From Terriglobia bacterium (GTDB lineage: Bacteria > Acidobacteriota > Polarisedimenticolia > Polarisedimenticolales > CAVOVZ01): a DNA stretch of 64,000 bases. Under the pieces are notes generated by a model. That model did not search any database and was not told the DNA's origin. It saw only the letters and a program-made list of their open reading frames with translations. The position numbers and the translations under genes are program-made. Of this stretch, positions 24,975-34,807 are shown one piece after another. The stretch is from contig CAVOVZ010000013.1 in the NCBI GenBank assembly GCA_963699985.1, positions 327,852-391,851 on the forward strand, given 5' to 3'. The first letter of the stretch is position 1; every line of letters begins with the position of its first letter.

Positions 24975-26540
24975 GTGAAGAGCCTGCGGGTTCGCACCGC
25001 CGTCCTGGCCCTGGGGGAGTTCGTCAACACCGGCCTCTCCGCGCTCCTGGCGGTCGTCCTCACGCGCCTCCTCACGAAGGAAGCATTCGGCACCTACCGT
25101 CAGGTGCTGTTCGTCTACGCCCTCTTCTCCGCGTTCCTCGCATCGCACATCGCCGAGAGCCTTCTCTACTTCCTCCCGAGAGCTTCGCCGGAAGATCGGC
25201 CCCGCTGGCTCGGCCAAACGATCCAGCTTTCCCTCGCCTCGGGCGCGGCCATCGCCCTGCTGCTCTTCGCCACCGCCGGACCGTGGGCGAGCTTCAGCGG
25301 GAACCCTCGTCTTCCCGGGCTGCTTCGCTGGTTCGCCCTGTTCGCGGTCGCGGACCGCGTGGTTCGAGTGGTCGTCCCCGGCCTGATCGCCGTGGACCGC
25401 CCCGAGAAGGCGGCGATGTTCACCGTCGCGTCCGGGATCGTGAAGATCGCCTCGGTGATCGTCCCGGCAGCCTGCGGCGGATCGCTGGAGACGATCTTCT
25501 TCACGATGAGCGGCTCGTGGGTAGCGCTGGCGGCGGCGGGATCGATCCTGGTCTCCCGCGACTGCGGGCTGAGAGTCGCAACGCCTCGGCGGGGGGAGCT
25601 GCTCGAGCAGGCGGCGTACGTCGCTCCACTGCTGTGCGGCTGGACCGTGGCGATGCTCCAGGAGCAGTTCGGGCAGTTCGTCGCCACGGGGTTGCTGAGC
25701 ACGGCCGACTATGCCGAGTACGCCGTGGGCGCGGCGCAGCTTCCTCTGGTGGGCATCTGGACCGGAAGCATCGCCTCGGCGCTGATGCCTGACCTCGTGC
25801 GTCTCGCTTCCCAACACCGGTACTCGGAGCTCCTGGCGCTCTGGCACCGCGGCGTCCGGAAGGGTGCCGTCGTCATTTTTCCGGTCGCCGCCACCGCGCT
25901 GCTCGTCCCCGACCTGCTCGTGCGCGCGCTCTACGGTCCCGCGTACGGAAAGGCCGCGATTCCCTTCGTGTTCTTCCTTCTCACGATTCCGCTGCGCATC
26001 ACGAACTACGGCGTCACCGTGCGCGCCATGGGGCGTACGCACGCGATCCTGATCTGGTCCGCGGTCGGGCTCGCCGTGAACGTCGTCGCGACTCTCGCGA
26101 TCGTCGGCCTGGGCCGCGGGACGTCGCTGGCGTTCGCCGGGCCGGCTGTCGGATTCCTCATCGGGTACGCGGCGACGGTGGCGATGGCGCTCTTCCTCCT
26201 GGCGCGCTGGTTTCGGGTCTCCTTGTCCGGCCTGCTTCCATGGAAGGCGCTGGGCTCGCTCGCGCTCTTGAGCGCAGCGTGTGCCATCCCGGCCATGCTC
26301 GTCCGGCTTCTTCCGGTGTCCGACTGGGTCGAATCCGCGTCACGACGCGGGACCGCGGAGTCCCCGCTGGCCAGCTCCGTGGCAGCCGGAACGGTGTGCA
26401 TCCTCGTCGCGACGGTGCTCCTCGGTCTCTACGTGTCGTTGGGGATGGCATTTCGCGTCTTCGACGAGCGGGAGCGCGGGCTCATCCGGAAGCTGCTCCT
26501 CATCTCGCCGCGCCAACCGCGAAACGAAGACTCCAGCTGA
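24975..26540 (+). CDS. Polysaccharide flippase (Wzx / MOP superfamily)
   Basis: GTG 24975. About 12-14 TM. The N-terminus ...NTGLSALLAVVLTRLLTKEAFGTYRQVLFVY... is typical of oligosaccharide flippases. Confidence 0.8.
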   Translation: MKSLRVRTAVLALGEFVNTGLSALLAVVLTRLLTKEAFGTYRQVLFVYALFSAFLASHIAESLLYFLPRASPEDRPRWLGQTIQLSLASGAAIALLLFATAGPWASFSGNPRLPGLLRWFALFAVADRVVRVVVPGLIAVDRPEKAAMFTVASGIVKIASVIVPAACGGSLETIFFTMSGSWVALAAAGSILVSRDCGLRVATPRRGELLEQAAYVAPLLCGWTVAMLQEQFGQFVATGLLSTADYAEYAVGAAQLPLVGIWTGSIASALMPDLVRLASQHRYSELLALWHRGVRKGAVVIFPVAATALLVPDLLVRALYGPAYGKAAIPFVFFLLTIPLRITNYGVTVRAMGRTHAILIWSAVGLAVNVVATLAIVGLGRGTSLAFAGPAVGFLIGYAATVAMALFLLARWFRVSLSGLLPWKALGSLALLSAACAIPAMLVRLLPVSDWVESASRRGTAESPLASSVAAGTVCILVATVLLGLYVSLGMAFRVFDERERGLIRKLLLISPRQPRNEDSS

Positions 26541-26673
26541 AGCCCGCGGCCCTTCGAGGAGTGCGGGTCGGACCGATGTCGGCGCGACGAACGGCCGGCA
26601 ACGAGATGGAAATGCCGGTGTCCCGAATCCGATTCGCCTCCTTCTCGGAATGACTCGCCCGCGCGCTCCGCGG

Positions 26674-28131
26674 TCAGGGCTTCGCCGAGAAGGCAGGACG
26701 ACGGGCGCCAAGGTCGAGGGTGCCCACCCCTGCCGCCGCCGCGAGCCCGTAGCCCAGACCGAGGTAACTGAACCACTGCGGGCCCGCCGAGTACACGTAG
26801 CCGTTGAACAGCACCGTGCTGAGCGCGTACGCGAGGGCGTACGCGCGCCATACCGTCTTGGTGACCGCCGCGTCGGGAGAATCGCCGGGAGCCGACCGGA
26901 GGATCCACAGGTGCGAGCCGAGAAGGAGCAGGTAGAGCAGCAGTCCGCCGACTCCGAAATCGAACAGGACGCTCAGGTACGAGTTGTGCGAATCGTAGCG
27001 GAACGCCAGGGTCCGCTCGGTGACGTTCCAGACCTCGCCGGGCCCGTGTCCCAGCGCGATCTCGATGGGCCCGCTCGATGCAATCTCGTCGACGATCGCG
27101 CTCCAGATGCCGATCCGGCCGCTTCCCAGCTCCGGACTCAGCTCGGCCTCCTGAGAGAACCCGGATAGATCCTGAACCCGGGCCTCCAGGTACTCCTCCG
27201 GTACCCAGTACAGCAAGCCCAGGATCAGCAGCACCGGAAGGACCAGATGAACCGGCCTCAACCTACGCTGACGAGCCTCTCCTCGCGGGCGCCACATCGC
27301 GATCGTGATTGCGAAGAGGACCACTCCCAGGATCGCCGTCCGGGTGAGCGTGAACAGGAGTGCCAGGCCGATCGCGACGAATCCCGCGGAAGCGACCAGT
27401 CGCTCCGCTCGCGCGGCACGCCGGAGCCACAGCTCGGCGAACACAGGGAGGCCCGCGAACGCGATGACCGCGGTGGCGACGGCGGTGGTGAACGCGCCCC
27501 GCGAGCGGATCGCGCCGACCGTGATGCTCTCCAAGGCAGGCTCTCGGATCACGCGGTCCAGAACCGCGCTCGCCGCGGCGACGATCGCGGTACCTCCCAC
27601 CGTCGCGAGCACCCAGAAACGGCCGCGGGACGCGAGCCAGTACCCGACGAAGTGGATGACCATGCACGCCACGAGCCGGCCGATGATCGTGGTGCCGTCG
27701 GACGACGGAGCGCGAAGGAACAGGAGTCCGCACCAGAACAGGAATCCCGCGTGGAGCCAGTGGGCGGCCGTGGGACGGGGAACCTGCCGCGTCACCGCGA
27801 ATTCGCCCAGCATCCGGAATAACATGAGCGACGTCAGACCCATCATGAAGGCCTGGCTCGCATTGATGGAGACGCCGGCGATCTGCAATGCGGGCATCTC
27901 CCGGAGGAAGATCTGGAGAGAGGAGTACGGAATCACCACCGCGAAGAGGAACGCCCCGGGGCTGAAGACCAGGAGCGCCATCAGGTACAACCCGGCCACC
28001 GCAAGAACGGCGGGAAGCGGACCCAGGATCCAGGTGGCGAGCCCCACGAAGGCCCCTGAGGCGACACCGAGCTTCCACTCGATCCCGCGAATCGAGCCAG
28101 GGGAGAACGTCCAGGCCGCGCGATGCGCCAA
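26674..28131 (-). CDS. O-antigen polymerase/ligase family (Wzy_C) membrane protein, third copy in locus
   Basis: Polytopic. Contains ...LLFTLTRTAILGVVL... and ...GSGRIGIWSAIVDEI...ALGHGPGE...YDSHNSYLSVLFDFGVGGLLLY. Confidence 0.75.
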   Translation of the reverse strand: MAHRAAWTFSPGSIRGIEWKLGVASGAFVGLATWILGPLPAVLAVAGLYLMALLVFSPGAFLFAVVIPYSSLQIFLREMPALQIAGVSINASQAFMMGLTSLMLFRMLGEFAVTRQVPRPTAAHWLHAGFLFWCGLLFLRAPSSDGTTIIGRLVACMVIHFVGYWLASRGRFWVLATVGGTAIVAAASAVLDRVIREPALESITVGAIRSRGAFTTAVATAVIAFAGLPVFAELWLRRAARAERLVASAGFVAIGLALLFTLTRTAILGVVLFAITIAMWRPRGEARQRRLRPVHLVLPVLLILGLLYWVPEEYLEARVQDLSGFSQEAELSPELGSGRIGIWSAIVDEIASSGPIEIALGHGPGEVWNVTERTLAFRYDSHNSYLSVLFDFGVGGLLLYLLLLGSHLWILRSAPGDSPDAAVTKTVWRAYALAYALSTVLFNGYVYSAGPQWFSYLGLGYGLAAAAGVGTLDLGARRPAFSAKP

Positions 28132-28158
28132 CGTAGTTCCTCCCGCCGAGCCGGACGC

Positions 28159-29190
28159 TCAGCGTGCCGATCGATTCATCGCGCGCCGGTACACCCTCTC
28201 CACCCGTCGAGCGATTTCCCGGCCGTCGTACCGGGCCGCGGCTGACCTTCCCTCGAACGGACACCCTGCCTGCCGCGAGAGAATTCGATCGAGAGCCGAG
28301 GCGAGGGCTCCGGCATCTCGCGGACAGACCGCGCAGCCGTCCACGTCCCTCAGAACGTCCGGTACGTCTCCAACGCTCACCGCCGCGACCGGAACGTTGC
28401 AGGCGAGCGATTCCTTGACAGAGGTCGGTGATCCCTCCGAGTCCGAGCACAGGATCATCGCATCCGCCGCGGCGTAGTACCAGGGCATCTCCTCGTTCCC
28501 GACGCCCGGCGGAACGAGGATGGAAGCGTTCCTTCCCCGGCTCCGCAGCGCCTCTACCGTGGCGGAAGCCAGGTCGAACCGTTTCACCGGCCGGCGCGGA
28601 GAAAACGGAAACAGGATGTACGCGGCGTCCGGGACGAGGCCGAGCTTCCGCCGCGCCTCCGCCCGATCCCGAGGGCGGAACCGATCGAGATCGACCCCGC
28701 ACGGGATCACCTCTGCGGCGATCCGCTCCGCGATCGGGGCGGAGACCGCAATCACCTCGGATGCGAAGCGACACACGATCCGGCTGAGGGTCGGCTGGAT
28801 CCGGCCGACCAGCGCATCGCTGCCGTGCAGCGTGACCACGAGCGGAGCCCGACGGCGGAAGAGCGCCGGGATGCCCGACAATCCGTAGTGCGCGTGGACG
28901 ACGTCGTAGGAGGATCGGCGCGTCGCGCGAACGACGGAAGCGCCGCCAAGCAGGTACTTGAGCTTTCGGCCAGGTCCCAGAATCGGCAGCACGTCCACTC
29001 GAAGTCCGAGGCGACGCAACGCATCCACCTGAGCCTGCACGAACGTCCCGAGCGAGGGGTTCTCGGGGCTCGGGTACATGTTCGTCACCACGAGGACGTT
29101 GATTGGCTGCGACGGGTCTGCGGAGCCCGCGGGGCTGCCCTGCGGCCCGTTCCGGCCCGATGCGCCCTCCTGCCCGTTCCCACCGCTCAA
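28159..29190 (-). CDS. Glycosyltransferase family 4
   Basis: TTG 29190 overlaps the upstream stop (TTGA); alternative TTG 29232. Contains ...INVLVVTNMYPSPENPSLGTFV..., ...VVHAHYGLSG... and ...SDSEGSPTSVKESLACNVPVAAV. Confidence 0.8.
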   Translation of the reverse strand: MSGGNGQEGASGRNGPQGSPAGSADPSQPINVLVVTNMYPSPENPSLGTFVQAQVDALRRLGLRVDVLPILGPGRKLKYLLGGASVVRATRRSSYDVVHAHYGLSGIPALFRRRAPLVVTLHGSDALVGRIQPTLSRIVCRFASEVIAVSAPIAERIAAEVIPCGVDLDRFRPRDRAEARRKLGLVPDAAYILFPFSPRRPVKRFDLASATVEALRSRGRNASILVPPGVGNEEMPWYYAAADAMILCSDSEGSPTSVKESLACNVPVAAVSVGDVPDVLRDVDGCAVCPRDAGALASALDRILSRQAGCPFEGRSAAARYDGREIARRVERVYRRAMNRSAR

Positions 29191-30356
29191 GACGAGAGCA
29201 TCTCCACGTACCGGTGCTTCTGCACCGACCAACGCAGCGGCGCCGCCGCGTCCCGAGCGCGCTTCACGAGGCTCGAGCGAAGGGCTGGATCGTCAGCGAG
29301 CCGTTCGAGACAGCCGCAGAGTTCGTTCACATCCCCGGAATCGAAGAAGGCCGCCGCATCCTCGGCAAAATAGCGGAGGGTCGTGGACGTTCGCGCCACA
29401 ACGCACGGGACGCCCAGGGCCGTCGCTTCGAACAGTCGGGTCGGCAGACTGAGGTCCGTGAACTCGTCCCGGCGGGTCGGAATCACGCACGCATGGGCGC
29501 GGCCCAGACACGACGCGATCTCCTCCACGGGACGGAAACCGTGGATCTCGACGACATCTTGGAGGCCGAGATCGGAGCGCAGGGCGCGGATCTCCGGGAG
29601 GAAATCCCCGTCTCCGAAAAGATGGATCCGCAGGCCGGGGATCCGCTCCCTGACCTGCGCGGCGGCCCGCACGAGCAGGTCGGCGCCGTAGCGGCGGATG
29701 ATCGTCCCGTGGCAGATCACCGAAAACCCTGGGGCGGGTAGTGGCGTTTCCCGTACGGCATCAAAGATCGATTCGTCCGCAGAGTTGAATACGAGCCGCG
29801 CCTTGTCCTCGGGAAGGCCGCGCTGCAACAAGCGCTCCTGCTGCCCCGCGTCGGGGGACAGGACCAGATGCGCGACCCGGAACGCGATGCGCTCCCACAG
29901 CGCCATCGAGCGGTACAGGAGGCTCGCCTGCGAGACGCCGAATCGAGACCGGGCGAGTTCGAGGCTGTTGTCGTGCACGTCGAACACGACCCGCGCGCCG
30001 AGAAGGCGCGGGAGGAGCGCCGCGAGGATCAGGAAGTCCGGGGGATTGGCGATCTCAACGACTCCGAACCGCCTCCGGAGGTGCCCGACGAACAGCAGAC
30101 CCGTCACCAGGACGCAGAACGCCGCGTACTCGGCCAGGTAGACCGCAAGCGGGGCGCCCCGATGCCGGTCCACCGGTAACCGACGGACGTGAATTCCGTC
30201 GATCTCCTCCCGGCGCCGCTCGCCGGCCCCGCGCAGGCAGAAGACGTGGACTTCCCACCCCGCGCCGGCGAGGGCTCGCGCTTGACGGCGGACCCTGGGG
30301 TCTCGGGGATAGTGAGAGTGCGCGACGAACGCGATGCTCTTCCTTCGCTCCTGCAT
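29187..30356 (-). CDS. Glycosyltransferase family 4
   Basis: ATG 30356. Contains KSIAFVAHSHYPRDPRVRRQARALAGAGWEVHVF... and the C-terminal ...PTRRDEFTDLSLPTRLFEATALGVPCVVA (E-x7-E-like region). Confidence 0.85.
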   Translation of the reverse strand: MQERRKSIAFVAHSHYPRDPRVRRQARALAGAGWEVHVFCLRGAGERRREEIDGIHVRRLPVDRHRGAPLAVYLAEYAAFCVLVTGLLFVGHLRRRFGVVEIANPPDFLILAALLPRLLGARVVFDVHDNSLELARSRFGVSQASLLYRSMALWERIAFRVAHLVLSPDAGQQERLLQRGLPEDKARLVFNSADESIFDAVRETPLPAPGFSVICHGTIIRRYGADLLVRAAAQVRERIPGLRIHLFGDGDFLPEIRALRSDLGLQDVVEIHGFRPVEEIASCLGRAHACVIPTRRDEFTDLSLPTRLFEATALGVPCVVARTSTTLRYFAEDAAAFFDSGDVNELCGCLERLADDPALRSSLVKRARDAAAPLRWSVQKHRYVEMLSS

Positions 30357-30414
30357 CGCGCGTCATCCTATCAGGGCCTCGGGCGAAGGGGACGCCGCCC
30401 CCGCGCCCCCGGCT

Positions 30415-30460
30415 CCCGCGGGAAATGCACGCCGGCAGACCGGCGTGCATTTCCCGCGGG
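30415..30460. repeat. Perfect 21-bp-arm palindrome with 4-nt centre
   Basis: cccgcgggaaatgcacgccgg-caga-ccggcgtgcatttcccgcggg. It sits between divergent genes, 59 nt upstream of ATG 30356. It generates the mirror-image spurious ORF starts MHAG(L/R)PACISRG on both strands. Confidence 0.95.
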
Positions 30461-30575
30461 ACGTTTTCAGCATTTCAGGGTGACGCCTGGGGCGTGATGG
30501 ACGACTGTCCCCGATTCGCTTCGAGTCCGCGCCTCCTCACTTCCCTGCCGTACACCCTCTCCTCGCACCGTCGAA

Positions 30576-30605
30576 TTGACAGGCGGCGCTGGCTGCAACT
30601 AAATT
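30576..30605 (+). promoter_or_regulatory. Sigma70-like promoter candidate (TTGACA-N18-TAAATT)
   Basis: TTGACA at 30576-30581 and a -10-like taaatt at 30600-30605, about 30 nt upstream of GTG 30635 (SD GGGAGG). Confidence 0.35.
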
Positions 30606-30634
30606 GGCCGATCAAGGCGCTCTGGGAGGTCACC

Positions 30635-31108
30635 GTGAGCCTCACGTTCCGCTCTCCGAAACGGCAGATCGAGGACGGATCGGGGGGCGAGGCCGCTCGC
30701 GTGACATCCGGCGGCTTGCCCCGAGAACGATCGGCGCCGCTGCGCGCCCTGGTCGTGGACCCGGATCCCACGGTTCTCGCATTCGCCGCCGACGCGCTGA
30801 ACTCGTTTCGACCGGGTTTCGATGTGGCGACCGCCGAGTCGGTCGACAAGGCTTTGGCGTGGCTCGATACGTTCCAGCCCGACGTCCTTCTTCTGGGAAT
30901 CTACCCCGCGAGCGAAGGCGTCGAGGCACTAATCGCGCGGCTCGGAAATCCTCCCCGCACGACGCCCTGCAAGATCGTCTGTCTCACGGAGAGCGCTCCG
31001 TCCGCTTTTCTGCTGGCCCCGGCGCGGATTCGTGCGCAGGCGGTGCTGCCCAAGCCGCTCGGGTTGACGACCCTGTTGAGCACCGTGCGGCGTCTCGTCC
31101 AGGAATGA
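30635..31108 (+). CDS. Stand-alone response-regulator receiver-like domain lacking the phospho-acceptor Asp
   Basis: GTG 30635 after GGGAGG. Contains LRALVVDPDPTVL..., ...FQPDVLLLGIYPASEG (Gly where the acceptor Asp is expected), ...KIVCLTES... and ...AVLPKPL (conserved Thr and Lys present). Confidence 0.65.
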   Translation: MSLTFRSPKRQIEDGSGGEAARVTSGGLPRERSAPLRALVVDPDPTVLAFAADALNSFRPGFDVATAESVDKALAWLDTFQPDVLLLGIYPASEGVEALIARLGNPPRTTPCKIVCLTESAPSAFLLAPARIRAQAVLPKPLGLTTLLSTVRRLVQE

Positions 31109-31139
31109 GGAGCTCCGTTCCTCCGAAAGGCCGACTTCG

Positions 31140-32270
31140 ATGAGCCAACTCCCATCCCCCATCGCGTCCGCGGCGATTCCCTTCCTCGACCTCGTCACCA
31201 CCCATCGCGACCTGTCCGAGGAGATCCTCGCCGCGTGGCGGCGGATCCTCCATGCGGCGGCGTTCGTCGGCGGCGAGGAGGTCAATGGCTTCGAGCGGGA
31301 GTTCGCGGAATACCTCGGCGCCGACCACGCGGTCGGCGTCGGCAGCGGCACGGAGGCGCTTCGGCTCGCCCTCCTCGCGACGGGCCTTCGGCCTGGCGAC
31401 GAGGTGATCACCGTCCCGCACACGTTCATCGCCACCACCGAGGCGATCACGCAGGCGGGAGGCGTTCCGGTCTTCGTGGACGTGGACGCCGACACGGGGA
31501 CCATGGACCCTTCGCGGATCGAGTCTGCGCTCACCCCGCGCACCCGGGTTCTGCTTCCGGTCCACCTCTACGGTCAGCCCGCGGACATGGACCCGATCCT
31601 CGAGATCGCGCGACGTCGCGGACTCGAGGTGATCGAGGACGCCTGTCAGGCGCACGGCGCGGAGTATCGCGGCCGGAAGGCGGGAACGATGGGGATCGCG
31701 TCGGCGTTCTCGTTCTATCCGGGCAAGAACCTCGGCGCCTGCGGCGAGGCAGGGGCGGTGGTCACCCGGGACCCCGACGTCGCCCTGCGCGTCCGGAAGC
31801 TTCGCGACCACGGCCAGGCCCGCAAGTACCACCACGAGGTGGAAGGTACGAACGGCCGCCTCGACGGGCTGCAGGCGGCCGCGCTCCGGATCAAGCTCCG
31901 GCACCTCGACGCATGGAACGACGCGCGGCGTCGCCACGCACGGGCGTATGCGGAGCATCTCGCGGGAAGCGGCGTCGAGCTTCCCGCGGAGATGCCGGGG
32001 CGAAAGCACGTGTACCACCTCTACGTCATCCGCCACCACCGGCGCGACCTCGTCTGTGAACGGCTCGCCCGGCAGGGGATCGGTACCGGCCTTCATTACC
32101 CGGTTCCCCTGCACCTCCAGGAGGCGTATCGCCGGCTGGAGCTCGGCGAGGGCACGTTCCCGGTATCCGAGCGATGGGCGGCGCACGGGCTGTCCCTTCC
32201 CATGTTCCCTGGAATGACCGGCGAGCAGGTCGACCGCGTGAGCGAGGCCGTCGCGGAAGCCGTGTCGTAA
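31140..32270 (+). CDS. DegT/DnrJ/EryC1/StrS-family PLP-dependent sugar aminotransferase
   Basis: Contains IPFLDL..., ...FEREFAEYLGADHAVGVGSGTEALRLAL..., ...ITVPHTFIATTEAI... and ...SFYPGKNLGACGEAGAV (PLP-Lys context). Confidence 0.9.
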   Translation: MSQLPSPIASAAIPFLDLVTTHRDLSEEILAAWRRILHAAAFVGGEEVNGFEREFAEYLGADHAVGVGSGTEALRLALLATGLRPGDEVITVPHTFIATTEAITQAGGVPVFVDVDADTGTMDPSRIESALTPRTRVLLPVHLYGQPADMDPILEIARRRGLEVIEDACQAHGAEYRGRKAGTMGIASAFSFYPGKNLGACGEAGAVVTRDPDVALRVRKLRDHGQARKYHHEVEGTNGRLDGLQAAALRIKLRHLDAWNDARRRHARAYAEHLAGSGVELPAEMPGRKHVYHLYVIRHHRRDLVCERLARQGIGTGLHYPVPLHLQEAYRRLELGEGTFPVSERWAAHGLSLPMFPGMTGEQVDRVSEAVAEAVS

Positions 32271-32276
32271 CGACTC

Positions 32277-33752
32277 ATGTACTCGCGAAACCTGCTCATC
32301 GAGAAGCTCCAGCTCGCGATCCTGGACGGACTCGTGGTTTTCGGCTGCGCCCTGGTGGCCACCTGGCTCCGCCACGGCGTCGGAATCCTGTCGCCCGACG
32401 GGGCGTCGGGCGTCCCGTGGTCCGCCTACCTCTTCCCATCCGTGCTCGTGGCCTCGGGATACGTGATCCTCCTGCGGCTCCAGGGGCTCTACGCGGGATT
32501 CCCCCGTCCGCTGGAAGAGGCGTTCCGTATCGCCAGGGCGGCCAGCGTCGCGACCATGGCGGTTCTCACGCTCACGTTTTTCTATCGCGGCTACTCCTAC
32601 TCGCGCGCGACGGTGCTCCTGTTCTACCCGCTGTCCATCGTCTGCCTCGTGGCCTCCCGGTGGGCGTACCGGAGGTACCGGAGAGCGGTGCTCGCGCACC
32701 GGGACACGGCGCGGAGGGTCCTGATCGTGGGGTTCGGGCGCGTCGGACAGCACCTCGGGCGCGCGCTCCTGGACAACCCGTCCTACTACACGCTCGTGGG
32801 ATTCCTCGACGACGATCTCTTCACCAGCGGACGATCGCTGGATCGCGTTCCGGTTCTGGGAGCGACGCAGGATCTCGAGCGCGTGACCCGAGAGCGGCGG
32901 ATCGACGAGGTGATGGTGGCGATCCCGTCCGCGCCCCAGGACCGGATGATGGATCTGATTGGGGAGTGCATGCGGCTTCGGGTCCGGTGGAAGGTCGTGC
33001 CGAACCTGTGCGACCTCATGCTCGAGCGCGTGCACCTCGATCACGTGGGCGGACTCCCCCTCATCGGACTTCGCGGATCCAGGGTCCTCGGGTTCAACTG
33101 GGCGATGAAGCGAGCGTTCGATCTGACCGTATCCGCGGCCGCACTTCTCGTGCTGGCCCCACTCCTCGCGGTGATCGCGAGCGCGATCAAGCTCACCTCG
33201 CGTGGACCGGTCCTCTTCAAGCAGGCCCGGGTAGGTCTGCACGGGCGCGTCTTCACGTTCCTGAAATTCCGCTCCATGAAGGCGCACAGCGGCACGGAGA
33301 TCCACAAGCACTTCACGGCAGACTGGATCTACGGCCGCACGGGATCGGCGGGATCCCCCGACGGGGGCGAGGGGACCCGCGCTTCCAACGGGCGGCAGGT
33401 CGTCCACAAGATCCGCCGCGACCCTCGGGTGACGCCCGTGGGTTGGCTTCTGCGCAGGACCAGCCTCGACGAGCTGCCGCAGCTGTGGAACGTCCTGCGC
33501 GGCGAGATGAGCATCGTGGGACCCAGGCCTCCCCTCCCCTACGAGGTCGAGCGGTACACGGAATGGCACAAGCGTCGCCTGGAGGTCCTGCCGGGCTTGA
33601 CCGGTCTGTGGCAGGTGAGCGGGCGGAACTCCCTCTCCTTCGAGGAGATGGTCCGCCTCGACATCGACTACATCGAGAAGTGGTCGCTGGAGGAGGACTT
33701 CCGTATCCTGCTCCGGACGGTCCCGGCCGTCCTGTTCGGACGCGCTTACTGA
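32277..33752 (+). CDS. Polyprenyl-phosphate sugar-1-phosphate transferase (WbaP/EPS-initiating phosphoglycosyl transferase)
   Basis: N-terminal TM region plus a Rossmann-like [13 protein letters not shown]. The C-terminal bacterial sugar transferase domain is [20 protein letters not shown]...[25 protein letters not shown]...[21 protein letters not shown]. Confidence 0.9.
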   Translation: MYSRNLLIEKLQLAILDGLVVFGCALVATWLRHGVGILSPDGASGVPWSAYLFPSVLVASGYVILLRLQGLYAGFPRPLEEAFRIARAASVATMAVLTLTFFYRGYSYSRATVLLFYPLSIVCLVASRWAYRRYRRAVLAHRDTARRVLIVGFGRVGQHLGRALLDNPSYYTLVGFLDDDLFTSGRSLDRVPVLGATQDLERVTRERRIDEVMVAIPSAPQDRMMDLIGECMRLRVRWKVVPNLCDLMLERVHLDHVGGLPLIGLRGSRVLGFNWAMKRAFDLTVSAAALLVLAPLLAVIASAIKLTSRGPVLFKQARVGLHGRVFTFLKFRSMKAHSGTEIHKHFTADWIYGRTGSAGSPDGGEGTRASNGRQVVHKIRRDPRVTPVGWLLRRTSLDELPQLWNVLRGEMSIVGPRPPLPYEVERYTEWHKRRLEVLPGLTGLWQVSGRNSLSFEEMVRLDIDYIEKWSLEEDFRILLRTVPAVLFGRAY

Positions 33753-33769
33753 CGCGGGAAGGAGCGGTG

Positions 33770-34807
33770 ATGGAGCCCGTACGCATCGGTGTCATCGGCT
33801 GCGGCTACTGGGGTCCCAACCACATCCGGAATTTCTCGACACTGCGCGGGTCGGGGGCGGAGATGGTCGTCGCCGCCGACACGGACGAGGCCCGGCGGAG
33901 GCACATCGCGGAGCTGTACCCGTGGGTCCGCGTGGTGGACGACGCGGAATCGATCCTGGACGACCCGAGCCTGCACGCCGTCGTGATCGCGACGCCGGTG
34001 AAGACGCATCACCCGCTGGCGCGGAAAGCGCTGCTTCGAGGCAAGCACGTCCTGGTGGAGAAGCCGTTCGTCACCGACCCCGCCGAGGCAGACGAACTGG
34101 TGGCGCTCGCGCGAGAAGGGCGCCGCGTGCTGATGGTGGGGCACACGTTCGAGTACACCGCGGCGGTGAATCACATCCGGGAAGCCATCGCCGCCCAGGA
34201 GCTCGGCGAGATCCTGTACATCCGGTCGCTGCGGGTGAACCTCGGGTTGTTCCAGAAGGACATCAACGTGCTGTGGGACCTGGCGCCCCACGACGTCTCG
34301 ATCCTTCTGTACGTGCTCCAGAGGATGCCCACCCACGTGGCGGCGGTGGGAACCGCCCACGTGACCCAGGGGGTGGAAGACGTGGCGGTTCTGACCCTCG
34401 AATTCGGTCCTTCGCTGATGGCTCACGTGATCGTGTCGTGGCTCGATCCCCGGAAGGTCCGGGAGATGACGATCGTCGGAAACAGGAAGATGCTGGTCTA
34501 CGACGACATCTCGGCGAACGAGAAGATCAGGATCTTCGACAAGGGCGTCGAGGGACCGAGCCGTTACGACTCGTTCGGCGAGTTCCAGTATTCGTACCGC
34601 TACGGGGACATCACCACCCCCATGATCCGCGAGTTCGAGCCGCTGCGGGCGGAGTGCGGGCATTTCGTGGACTGCGTGCGTGGCGCGAAGACTCCGCGAA
34701 GCAGCGGAGAGGTGGGCGCGCGAGTCTGCAGGGTCCTCGACGCCGCGCAGAGGAGCCTGAGGGACGAAGGCCGGCGCGTGGCCTTGCAGGACGTGAGCCG
34801 GCGTTGA
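33770..34807 (+). CDS. Gfo/Idh/MocA-family NAD-dependent sugar oxidoreductase (WbpB/GnnA-like)
   Basis: ATG 33770 after GGAGCGG. Contains VRIGVIGCGYWGPNHIRN..., ...ATPVKTHHPLARKALLRGKHVLVEKP and ...GHTFEY. Confidence 0.9.
   Translation: MEPVRIGVIGCGYWGPNHIRNFSTLRGSGAEMVVAADTDEARRRHIAELYPWVRVVDDAESILDDPSLHAVVIATPVKTHHPLARKALLRGKHVLVEKPFVTDPAEADELVALAREGRRVLMVGHTFEYTAAVNHIREAIAAQELGEILYIRSLRVNLGLFQKDINVLWDLAPHDVSILLYVLQRMPTHVAAVGTAHVTQGVEDVAVLTLEFGPSLMAHVIVSWLDPRKVREMTIVGNRKMLVYDDISANEKIRIFDKGVEGPSRYDSFGEFQYSYRYGDITTPMIREFEPLRAECGHFVDCVRGAKTPRSSGEVGARVCRVLDAAQRSLRDEGRRVALQDVSRR

Noticed and set aside
30055-30450. Mirror-image ORF starts MHAGLPACISRG / MHAGRPACISRG on both strands (also 30425-31108 as a long form)
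   Set aside because: They are artefacts of translating the perfect palindrome at 30415-30460. The receiver gene more plausibly starts at GTG 30635, which has a GGGAGG SD.
30984-33569. 861-aa ORF antisense to the aminotransferase and initiating transferase
   Set aside because: Same reasoning as above. The composition is biased (R, G, P, E, D), there are no motifs, and the sense strand carries two unambiguous enzymes.
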